A DNA stretch of 64,000 nt. It comes from Tubiluchus corallicola (taxonomy: Eukaryota > Animalia > Priapulida). The DNA lies in assembly GCA_030141605.1 (NCBI GenBank), contig JAQGDQ010000156.1:372001-436000 (forward strand), written 5' to 3'. The notes beneath the pieces are model-generated. The model searched no databases and had not been told where the DNA came from. It saw only the letters and a list, made by a program, of their open reading frames with translations. Both the position numbers and the translations under genes were made by a program. Shown piece by piece: positions 40,001 through 52,900 of the stretch (its first letter is position 1; every line of letters begins with the position of its first letter).

Positions 40001-40865
40001 ATAAAACGTGTCGACAGCTTGGTTGTTTATGAAACGTTAATCTTAAGGACTAATTAATTTTCATGCTCTGATACATCTTTATTGATCATGTTCTGTAAAT
40101 TAAATGCCAGACATGGAAATGTAAGTAATTACTGGCATTTAAGTCTTTCGCTCATTGATTAAATCAGCTCATTTTGGCTGAAAATTTCTATGGTTAACCA
40201 CAGTAATGTATCTTTGCTATGACACTGATCTGTTTTGTTTCATTTTGCAGGGAGCCCTTTGGACAGTCCACGTAACATTAGTCCTAGTCAGCATGCTCAT
40301 TTTGCTTTTAACCCAGTCAAACGGTAAGCAATGCTTGTTTAGTTTTCTATGCACATTTACTTAACTAGTAAGTTTTAATATACAACTTAGTATACTTCCA
40401 TACAACACACAAAAGATGGCTGCATGTATTTCTTTTGTTTTCTTAAACATAAAAGAGTTTTCAACGTCATATTTACATTTGAAGCCAACTCAGACCACGA
40501 TTGTATTTCAAGTTAACAAGGAAATTACTTAAATTCAGCTTTTTGTGGGCCCTGGTAACACATATTACTTTGCATGTACTGCTTATTATAATCATGGGAA
40601 TTAACGCGCATTGCTTTCCATTTCCTGTGCCGGCAGGTACGGATGTTTGCTTTGAAGGTTGTGTCAATACCAATTCCCTCAGCTGATTTCTCATTCTGCA
40701 TTTGTGAACGATGAATGAATGCCTGGGCATGATCTAAAATGATAAATTTGATAGTAGCAGTACCTGAGTATATTTGTCGAGCTTATCTGTATTTAGAATC
40801 CATCATGGATTGAATTGAATAATAGAGACATTTGAAAGTAACAGCGATTGATAGAGAGATAAATG

Positions 40866-40929
<64 letters not shown>

Positions 40930-43900
40930 TTATTTCTTGTTAAAACATACAATGAACTATACAAATGCCTCAGAGTTTCCAGCTAGTGAGTTCTCTGTCC
41001 ATTTTGTCACGGTTCACAGGTTCATTTCTTCTATGGCTTTGCAACTAATCCTGTCTTATTAAACACTAAAAATAGTCCTTTTGTTAGTGCCTTAATGTCT
41101 CCAAATCACGGAAAGGAAAATAGAAGAGAAATACTTAGCTTTCATTTTCTGTACATCGCCGTTACGTTTGCATTAATGAAGTATTGAACGTCACATCATA
41201 CAAGACTGATTAGCGTACCGCCGATGGCATGACTATAATAATTTCGTTCATCGCAAGCTATATTTTAATGAAAGCCGGATAACGATATTACGTTGAATTT
41301 TATTGCGTTGCTGTTTGAATGTTTTCAATATCAGCAAATTATACCGGAATTTTCCTGAGCGTAATTGTATGACAAGGTTGTCAATAAATCAAAATGCGGA
41401 TTGCATTTTCGGTATTGATCAGCGGGCAGTAGGAAAACTGGATCAAAACTTTTTCCGCTTGTACATTAACGCGAAACAAGTTATCTTGCAAAAACATTTT
41501 TTGGCTGTCATCCTCGTACAATTTTAATAATTGGTATTATTCTAATACATTTTATAGTAGTTAGAAAGAATTTGGCGTGTTAAGCTCCGAATTTTCTCCT
41601 TTCCTTCTTTCGACATTATTTTGGTTAAAATATCAACTATATAGTGAATTTATACCATAATTAACTCTAGAAGGACTGGGCTAATCAATTGACGCAATCT
41701 TTTTTTAGTTTGTGTACATGTCTGGACTCTCCAGATGATATGTTACTATTTTAGTTTAGTGCCAACTTCTTTTATGCAGAATTTCAGGGCTGAAATGTTA
41801 CTAACTCTGTTAAAAATAGGCTATTGCCCTTCAAGGACCAGCTCCATCAATTGATGCCAACACATATTGTGCCTTGTGAATTGTTACAATGTACTAACAT
41901 CACAATAGTAAATGCGAATGTAAATATGTGAACATACATCTGTGAATATAAATTAACAAACTCTTTAGACATACTGCTTGACTCAATACAGGTACTCGAA
42001 GCCCTGCGAAATCTGCCATTAGTTGAGTCCGTTGTACTTGTACTGTAGAAATTGTCTCCATTTTTTATGGATTCACATAATTTTCTGGTGTATCATTGAA
42101 TTTCAGTAAAATATGACTGATCACTACCAGGTTTATTTTTGTATAGGAATGAATATGATGATTGTGTAAATGGACGCAGCCAGTCCTTGTAGGTAGTACA
42201 CTTTTCCGGTCCTTCAAGTGTTAGCTATTGTGTTTAAATTCATTGCAGTTTGCTAAGAAGTATGGGTTGTGTGACAAACTCGAGCATCGAAAAACGTAAA
42301 ATTAAAATGCTTCTTTTATCCTCTAAGTGTTTGAGTGGTACTGGTTCATTAGAGTTACTTCATCCTTGTTTGGGGCTAGTTGTCTTCCAAAAGCAGTTTT
42401 TGCTGCTCTTCCAAAAGCAGTTTTTGGCTGTCGTCCCTGTACCATTATAATATAGCCGTGTATTATGATTTGTAAGATCTGTCTATCCGTGCATTTCAGT
42501 GCACACACTTTTTCTTTAATGATTGCAAAGACTTTGACGTAAAAATCAATCAGTCTTTGAAGGTTTGTAGAAGTACAGCTTTTGTGAGCCGCAGTTTCCT
42601 TCCATGGCTGTTTAATTACTTCCAGGGGGGAAACAGAAAGGAATAGAAGTTGATTATATGCCCCCTGGTGTTAGCCTTTGTGTTAAACTTTAGTCATCGC
42701 TTAGCAATGATTACCTTTATAAATGATGTACGTCATTATTGCAAATGATGTAGGATTTATGTTGAGTTTATGAAAATAACAATTTAGGTAATATATTATC
42801 TGGATATCTGGATCTCTACACTGTTTTTAATATTTCTCACAGTTTTAATTTTTTTATACTTATTTTCATACACTTTCAAATACTTGAAGATAGAATCTTG
42901 CTGTTCACTGACACAGTGAATGCTCGCTACAGTGCTTGTGGTATGAACTCCATAAATTGACCATGGATTATAATCAAGAGTGATCCTTTTAAGAGGACTG
43001 GCAGGGTGTCTGACGGTGAATTCAGAGTAGAGAGTTTTCTCGCCAAGTTAACTTACCGAGTAACTTGTAAGGGTGTTCACACTAGAGAGCAAATTTGCTG
43101 CTCGCTACTCTCCGACAGTAAGCAGGGGGTGACGGTCACTTCTGTATTCACAGCAAAAAGTGTCCAAAGTAATTTGCCGAAGCGTGCACACTAGTGAGTA
43201 AATCAAGTCGTAGCATCTGTTGAAGAGTTTGCAATTTCTGGCCGACTCACACAGCAGTTCATGCTTGGGAGTTTCATATGAGAGAGAAAACTCACAACAG
43301 AAAACTTGCTAGTCTTGAACGCATCGTTAGCCGCAGTCATATGTATCCTCTCTATGCGAAGCAGGCACACGTTACCACTCAGCTATGAACCACGACTTGT
43401 TATATTGTGTTGCACATAATTTTTCCAATAGAAAAAAATGAACATTTTTTGTTTTCAGGGTTGAAAGTCGGGTCGATGGGCGCAGATGGTCGGTGGCCTC
43501 TCTACCTTCCAGTGGTTATGGCACAAATACTCCGAACAGCTCAAATGTTTCGGTGAGTATTGAATTTATAGCGCAGTAATAAATTTGTTGAATTGTCGAT
43601 GAAATCACGGAGAGATAGTTTTGTTTTGTTTTTGTATTCTTAGCAAAGTCATCCATGTTGGAAAAAGGTAATGATTGAATTTTGTCAAATTTGAAAGGTA
43701 AAATTTGTAAGTCCAAAATTTTTTAAAAATTAACTTGATTTAACGTAATAGAAATTACATAACGTTTGGAAATGCAGCTTTTTCAATTATATTTTAACTT
43801 CTTGGTACACTCATCTTTACTAAACTATTCCATCTATTGAAGTCACAGTACTCCTCACACGAGAAGCTTCATCAACTCCCCTCTCGGCCGACACCGGAAG

Positions 43901-46900
43901 AGTTGCGGGAGCTCACTCAGCATTTCAGCAGCAATGAGAGTAACCCGCCGTACGATGTGGCCGAGGAGGGAGCGCAGAGGTCACCGCTTATGCGACCACG
44001 GTCTCGTAGCTTGAGGTAAGCTTTATTTTGTAGTGTATGCAATAGTAAGCATGTAACAGATGCTGATTTTATTAAGCTGTTCAGTAAAAGAGAATCATCA
44101 GTTATTTGAACTTATAGAAAAGGTTCGTTGTTCTTGGTTGCCCGAGCAACCGAAATAGGAAATGGAACAAATTTGTCAGAGGGCAACCAAATAATGAAAG
44201 AAAGACTGTCAAGATTCTTTTAAAGTCACCTGGTGCTAAATTTACTTTTTATTTTATGAAGGATAAAATGTTTACAGTAGTAGTAGTTGTGTATTTTTAA
44301 CACATACTGTTAGTGAAATTTCATTATAGTTACATTTGATTGTTTGATTTGCAAAGCATTTTATATTTTGTAAATTAACAGTGAACTATTGTCCTTGTGC
44401 GATTATATATATAATGCAAATTGAAATGCTATAATTTTGATAGCTTTATGAAAAACAGTTTCTGTTTTTTGAGCAACAATTTCTTTTAGTTTATTAACAT
44501 ATTTTCTGCTCACAAATTGTCATGTATGAAATACAACCACTGCTTAAATTTTGAAGTAAAAGTAATTTAGATTTTTCTTGATAGTTTTTTGGAAATAGTT
44601 GGCGTTCTAGTTGCCATTTAACTTGGTTTGGTGCATTTTGGCAAATCTTTAGGAAATTTTTTGTTTCTTTAATGCTGCGTTTAGTCTGTCCTGGCTTTGT
44701 ATCGCCACTCTTGAGTAAGCCTTTGGTTTTTCTCTTGTTTTTGTTGCGTTGTTTGCACGTTTTTTGTTGCTTGTTTTTGTTTGCGTTGTTTTGCACGTTT
44801 TTGTCGCTTGAAGCTGGAGCTGTGTCAGCAAGAACTTGTTTACATTGCTTTGTTCTGTTAGGAATGAGAACATTTTGACCTCATGTATTTCTTGTAGTTT
44901 TACGAATAGACTAGAATACATGTATGTTGAACTGATGGTTGTTTATCTTTCTTACAATTGCGTGTGTTGTATAAGAAGTTGCACACTAAATTTTTGTGAG
45001 TAAAACTTCTTTCACGAGCAGGTGTAAAACAAATTCTGTTTAAAAACTTCGTGTAAATGTCTGTGAATTCGTATTGGTTAGTACATGCTAGACCTTTTTT
45101 AGTCAAACTGTACAGTTACAAAGTTGTATAATGTAGTATAACGTATAGACATTATTGTAGCACTTCAGCTATGAAATGCCTTATTTTGTGTTCCATAAAG
45201 CAGTTACTGTTTATTTTACTGCATGCTGTGTACCTAAAACACGGTTGCTATGCATGAAAAATTGCTTGCCAGATGCCTTTCCTCGAAGCCTTTTACTTTG
45301 TATTACTTAGAGCCACTTTTGCTTATTTTGATTCTTTTACTTTGTCTGTTGTAAAACCCGGTCATTTCAATGTGGTTAAAAATTGTTTGTTTGTGTATCG
45401 TTATTCGTACCTGTTCACGTAGTTAGAGATACGGCTTACTGATTCTCTGGATACCCCAACAAAGCATTCGTTGCAAAGGATACCATATTCGTAGCAACAA
45501 TAAACTTTTCATAAGTAAAATAGAAAGCAAAATTTGGCTCAAGTTGACGCGTAAAAGAACAGTATGTCATATAATTTGTTCGAAATATATTGACTTGGTA
45601 AACGTCTGCAACTAGATTGTGCAGGATTTTCAAGTTTTAACGGGATGCAAAAATTTAGGCTTAAAGATGAAGTTATACCTTTGTTCCACAGCAACCGATT
45701 TGCTCAATATGACATTTTGAAAAGGTGTTACATTTTCTTGAATGTTCTACATTGCTTGTAGAATCTGTGTTTTTATGCAGCAAAAAGTAAGATTATTTCG
45801 TACCCCAAGCAGAGCTTTTTTCATAATGTATTTTCTCTACCAGATCCATATTTCAATCCCTGTTTCCTGTGTAAGTCAGTTATAATAGGACTTGTATGAT
45901 CTAACACTGTGAAATGTCTTTTTTACTTATATTTCTTATAAGTCCAACTTAATTTTCATTGCTGTTAAATGATTTTTTCATGTAATTTTTTGTTCCGTTT
46001 TTGAAGAAAGCGAAAATTGGCCACATGTTTTTTCGTATTTTAATCCACTCATTCACTTCTCCTTGTTTTCCTGCAGTGTCAACTAACTTCGTGAAATTTG
46101 TGTTCAAATCTATTATTGTGATACGAATGGAATTAACTTGCCTGACTTATGACTAAGACAGTGTGTTTAATGTTTTAGCTCTCCAATGAGGTCACCGGGC
46201 GTGGAGAGCGATATAATGATGGTGAACAGCGTGTACAAAGAGCGTTTTCCTAAGGTAATCTAAAAGGGCTACTAAAATCTCGTCCCAGGAGAAGATACAT
46301 AATATCTAGCAGTGTGGACGAAACAACACTGTTTTTGTTTTTGCAGTCTAAAATTTTCATCATTGCTAAAAATGATACAGCTGCTGTGCTTAAAGGAAAG
46401 TCCAAGCCTTCTGGAAAGTTAATCTTATTTAAACGTTTGCAAAAAATGATAGAGGATTTAGAAATAAAATGCAGTTAGCACCTCGTGTAATTCTTTAAAA
46501 AATTACTTTAAAATCCTGATCATTTCACGCTCGGGCACTTCCATTTTGAACGGTCATTCTTCCACCAATGACATCGTTCAACCGAAGAAGAGCAGTTCAC
46601 TGTTATTTTGCATCAAACGTATAACCAGTTTTTACGAAAAAATTAGGTAGCTAATTTTCTGACATTTTGGCCATAGAAATTTGAATTAGTTTAAATTGTG
46701 CGCATGCTTTAATACGGAAAACCACGATGCGCTTAGGAAAAATCATGAAGTCCACCAGTCATGCCTCCTACCACCGAGCCTGAAAATTTCTGTACATCGG
46801 TAGTATAAACCAACTTTCTGCTGTATATGCAGTTTTTGCCTATTTCTTTCTTATATGTTTTCTAAGTTTAAGTGATAACAATAAAATAAGCCCAACATTT

Positions 46901-49900
46901 GACATGCAGTGCAATATTCCTTTTCTTAAACTTTTTTAATGTTACGTACTTCTGCACAAAAAATTTTACAAAACCCTTGGCACCTGTTTTGTCTTTGATC
47001 CAGTCACGATGCAATGTTTCATCGAATATTTTTAGTTCTGTAGCTACATTACTTTACAAAGAAAAACTGTCCTGCAGTGTGGTTTTTACTTTATGCGCAG
47101 AAACCTGAAGTTTTTGCGTTTCTTTTTTCTTTATTGACCAAATTCTCAAATTAGCTGTTTGCTTTTGTAAGAACGTGGAGAAAAATCGATGTTATTGCGT
47201 TGTGCGCATGTTGTCGCGTTAGAGCCTCGGGCTCCCTGCGGTGCACAAAGAGAAAACCTTTGTAGCAACAGTCACACTAACATACACATTGACTTAGAAA
47301 AGGTTTGCTGGGAATCCAATTTTGCCGGTTAATGGACACGTCATTCGCACGGTGCGCCAAACCTGTTTGCTAGTTGGTAATCTCATTGATCAGATTAGGG
47401 GAAGCCAACGAAGCCACATCTTCCTCCACATCTGTCACTTACATGTGATGGAAACACAATTTGACGCCTACAACTTCCCCACATTAGTACATTTACTTTA
47501 ACATCTAGCAAAAAATCGAAACTCTCGATTGAGCATCGCATTTTTCAAGTTTTTTTTATTGCCGCAAATTAATTGCAGTTGACGTATGCGACAATGCGGT
47601 GCCGTGTAGGCATTTTCAAATTACAGTTTTCGTCAAAGTTTCTTGCAAATTTTTAACTTAATTTACTACATGAATCACACTACACATGCAACATTAAAAC
47701 ATGCACGTGTGTATGGAATGGCTTTTATGGCTTCAAAGCATTACTCACTAGGTATTTTATAGCAAAAATTGCTTATTAAAAACATGAACACATTGATGTC
47801 ACTTGTGTGAAATGAACACATTGATGTGACTTGTGGAAATGAACACATTGAAGTCACTTGTGTGAAATAAACACATTGATGTGACTTGTGTGAAATGAAC
47901 ACATCGATGTCACTTGTGGGAAATGAACACATTGATGTGACTTGTGTGAAATGAACACATTGAAGTCACTTGTGTGAAATAAACACATTGATGTCAGTTG
48001 TGTGAAATGAACACATCGATGTCACTTATGGGAAATAAACACATTGATGTCACTTGTGTGAAATGAACACATCGATGTCACTTGTGTGAAATGAACACAT
48101 CGATGTGACTTGTGTGAAATGAACACATCGATGTCGCTTGTGTGAGATGAACACATCGATGTCACTTGTGTAAAATAAACACATCGATGTCGCTTGTGTG
48201 AAATAAACACATTGATGTCGCTTGTGTGAAATGAACACATCGATGTCGCTTGTGTGAAATGAACACATCGATGTCGCTTGTGTGAAATGAACACATCGAT
48301 GTCGCTTGTGTGAAATGAACACATCGATGTCGCTTGTGTGAAATGAACACATCGATGTCGCTTGTGTAAAATGAACACATCGACGTCGCTTGTGTGAAAT
48401 GAACACATCGATGTCACTTGTGTAAAATGAACACATCGATGTCACTTGTGTGAAAGACTACAATAGTTTTACTTGTATATTAGAAGTTTGTTGGCTTTAG
48501 TGTCATTCGTTTGGATGACTTCTTGAGATAGTTCAGTTGTATGTTTAGAGTCGTCCCATAAAAAACTAGAAATGGTGTAAGAAGTTGTCTGAAGTACGTC
48601 TTTGTGAAATTTTTATTGCTTCCCTTTTATACGACAAATGTAAAGAAGCCAAATGTTGTGTTTTGTTGTTATATTTATGTCCCAATTGCAGATAGTAAAA
48701 ACTGATACAGCGAGTAATTGTCTGTCTGTTCATCTTAAACATCGTCTTTTTTGGTGTTCACTTAGGCCACACAGCAGATGGAGGAACGTTTGCAAGCCTT
48801 CATTGATAACAACAGGGACATCGAAACGCTGACCGACACGACCGCTCGCTTTGTCCATCATCAGGTGGTCGAATTGGCGCGTGACTGTCTGGTCAAGTCG
48901 CAGGAGAAACATATTACTAGTCGATATTTTTATGAGCTTGTTGAAAATCTGGAGAGGCTGCTTTGTGATGTAAGTCTCTTCTATTCCAATCAGTACTTTG
49001 TGGAAGCTGTAAGTTAAAGGAAGACATATCACAGCAATTAATGTAGCATTCAAGCATTTGTTTGATTCCTTGTTTTCCTTTGTATCACTTATTGCTAATC
49101 ATTCTTGTCTGGTCTTCTTTATGGTTGTTATGGTCTTCTTTAGCTTTGTTTTTCTGTTTAGGCAGTCTGTAACGTTTAACAGTTGACATGTTACTTATGC
49201 AGCGGTTTGAAATGGTTAATTCTTTTAATACCGTCATACTAGTTTTTTTGTATTAAAAAGTGATTGCTTTTGAAATAAGTTTTCTTCTGATTCATTATTG
49301 TGTAAGCAAATGTTCTTGAAATGCACAACATTAGAGTTTGTTGCTTTTACTTGTAAAATATTTTATTTCGTTTTGCACTTTCACAAAAGCTCAATCAATG
49401 TCTAAATAAACAGCTTTAAAACTTTATTGTTTTATTTTCTGTTTTCACATGGACCCAATCAAGGTCTGAATCAGTGACTTTAAAATTTTGCTGTTTTATT
49501 TTCTGTTTCACATGAGCCCAATTAAGGTCTGAATCAGTGGCTTTAAAATTTTCCCGTTTCATTTCCTGTTTTCACATGGACCCAATTAAACTCTGAATCG
49601 GTGGCTTTAAATTCATACTATTTCATTTCTGTTCCCACAGGCTCAATCAAGGTCTGAATCAGCGGCCGCTCACATTCATCAGCTCAGTAAGAAACTGCTC
49701 ATCATTGTCTCACGACCAGCACGACTCTTGGAGTGTTTGGTGAGTCATTTCAACTCTCTAATTCAGGTCTTCAGAGGGATGGTGATGGTAATGTTTGTGA
49801 GGTGTGTTTAATGACTGGCATCATACAAATTTGAATCTGTATGAAGTCTGAATCTAAATAAAGTAAAATTCCAAGTTAATAAATCAACATTGACTTCATT

Positions 49901-52900
49901 CTGGTGTGTCTTCAGTCTCAAAATAAGTTACGTAAACTACAGCTTGACATTTCCAAGCAACAAGTAAAGTTATGTTGATTTTAAAATCCTTTTTACCATT
50001 TTGTTTTCCAGGAGTTTGACCCAGAAGAGTTTTACCACTTGCTAGAAGCGGCTGAAGGGCAGGCGAAGTTTGAACAGGGCGTGGTAAAGCCCGATATACC
50101 CAAGTACATCATTACGAAACTCGGGCTGAATAGAGATCCGCTTGCAGGTGAGTGTGGTGACCTAACTATACAAATGAAACTGTTGAACTTAGTGGATTAT
50201 TAACTACCATTGGTGGCTGTTAAGAAGGGTTTCCAACCTCCTTAATTGAAACCGCCAGCCCATTCAATTGGTTTTGCAAACATGTATTTATATCATTTGT
50301 TTCTTTCCTTCTTTGTGTTTGACATGTTCCACTTTTTTATGTGCGTATCTCTAGAAGCGATTTTGCAATTTTTGTTTAAACAATGACTGTAAACACAGAA
50401 GAGAGTTAACACGTCTTCATTACTGCTTGTACACTTTTTTCCAATTTGAAGAAAGATGACATGAAATCAGGCTTATCTAGAACTTACATTGATAACAACT
50501 CATGTACAGTATGTAGCAAGTAAGAAGGAAAATTAATATTAATATTCTGTTTGAGACGAACTCTTAAATATGAATAGTATGCCATTGCATTTTTGTTATA
50601 TTTATTACATTTTTGCTAATAAGCCTTTTCACAGTTCCAGCTATTGATGATGATCGTGAAAAGGTCAAAGGTTAATTGTACTAGATAACATATTTGTGTA
50701 CACTTGGCAGAGCCTCATAGTCCAAGCTACTATAATAGTAAACTGATGCTACAGAAGGCTTTGTTTTACAGACACGTAACATGACAGTTGTAGCTAAGAC
50801 ATGTTGCTGTGGTACTCTTAACCTTTGACCTGCAGCAACTGCGAGTGAGCACCACAAAACTGTGAAAAGGTTTATTGGTTTCAGTTCAGTAACAATCATT
50901 TTGGACATGCAGTGTTTATGTTAGAATAATGTGAATGTTTTTGCTTCAATTTACAGTTGCTCAAACAAAAAAAACTTGCTTAATGCTCACAATCTCAATG
51001 AAAAATGAATATATCTTTTGTTCTTTCTGGTCCCTAGACTTAAACCTAGTCAGCCTACCGTTAATCCACTATTTGTTGTACTTCATCAAACTTAAAACAC
51101 TTAATTTAATATAAAAAGTATTTTGCTTTTAAATATTTGCACAGATGATTTACGTGTGAATTGTTTATGTTTCAGACATTGCGGCAGATTTGAAAGATGA
51201 TGACAGCGGTCGACCGGACACGCCGGACACGGATGAATCTGCCGGAGCCGAGGGAGGAAAACCGCCCACGCCCACTCTGAAAGAAGATGATTTCGAGTCT
51301 GTCAAGTTAATCAGTAATGGCGCATATGGGTGAGTTGGATGTTTAACAGTGTTATGCCTCTGGGAGTTAGAATGCCTTGCTGTGTGCAAACAAGCGTCTT
51401 GTACTTCATTTGCTGACAGATTCATAATTAAGTGCTCATTAGCACTTGGCAACTTGTTAATGAAGCAGTCCACGCCTTGATTAATAGTAGACTGTGTCTA
51501 TTCATTATCACATTTCACTTTGCAGTATATTGATTCCCTGTTACACTGACTACTAGCGTAAACACACAAGCGTAATACGCATAGCAACTTGTACCGTTAT
51601 GCTTGGATGTAATTTGCATTCAGCTGCTAATTCTTTTCAAGTTATACCAATGAGTCAAAATGAAGTCAGTGATTAAAATACATGCAATGGTGTGCTATTT
51701 ATAACAGTTATGTAGAATGTTCAATTTGATTCTTTGACGGAAAGGGCAAGTCACTTAGCATGTTGTGTTTATTTTGCTATTGTCACTGAAACTTACAAAA
51801 GAGCATAAAGTTAAATTACACTATCGCTGTATGAAAAACGCCACGTAGCCGCCATTCACTTAAAAATTATGATGTAACTGGTTGACTTTTCGGAAGCACA
51901 TCTTGACTTTCCGTAAGCATGCAGTGCTTAAACCAATTCAAACTTCTGCTTCTAACCTAATGTTCATACAAAAACATCATGGAATTAGCTATCTGCAAAA
52001 ATTTATTATACTTTTAATGAAAACTGACAGTGTGCTTCTTTTCTTCAATCGATTAACAGTGTCATTGGTAGAAGAGTTGGCGCTAAAAATTGGAGTGCCC
52101 AGGCATGAAATGATTTTTCTAATTACATGACATATTATTACACCTTTATTACTAAATATTTCAAACATTTTTCGCAAACACTGAAATATACCTGATTTCC
52201 CAGAAAGTTTGATTTTTCCTTTAAGTGTATTGTCAGTCAGTATATTTTATTTTTTAACTGTAATTCACTACGAGTTTTTCTCTTTTTCCTTTGACTTTCC
52301 TTGAATAGGGGCAGAAATTTCTTAACACTTTACCTAATTCTGAGACCTTTGTCAAGTAATTAAATGTGTTCTTTGAAACTACGTTTGACAAGTTTCGGTG
52401 TACACAGGTGCTTCAGACCGTTGCTGCTTGTATTGTATTACTAAAATTGTAATTGTGAGCATTAAGTGGTTAATTGTGTGTTGTTTAATTTGCACCACTT
52501 TAGCTGCTTCTCCCCATACAGTTTGGTTATACAATCTCCTGTTATTATTTCTTGTCCTCGCAGCCTTGTCCTCATAATCTTAATACTAATATAAAGTGTA
52601 AACTATTTATTCCTATACATCGTAAATAAATAATAATTTTAGAGCATAAAATAATGAATTTTATTAGAGGAGAGTAGGTCTTCTGTCAGTTTTTGCCAGT
52701 AAACTGATTTCTAATTAGTGCAGCAAAGTCCAATTACTGGTGCTTGTTGACAGATGCATTGGCAATTAATTACGCCGTACCTTGAGGACTTTCTATTAGT
52801 AGATAAATTTAAGTGTGACAGCTATACAGTCAGCGGCTCTAGTCCCTTTTAAGGTTACATTTAGCTAAACTTGATAACTTTTTCAAATATAAAAGGAGCA

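Noticed and set aside
40832-41062. ORF with an ER dipeptide run
   Set aside because: Translation of the (AG)n microsatellite.
48022-48445. Two 131-aa minus-strand ORFs with repeated C/H motifs
   Set aside because: Translation artefacts of the 28-bp minisatellite; not zinc fingers.
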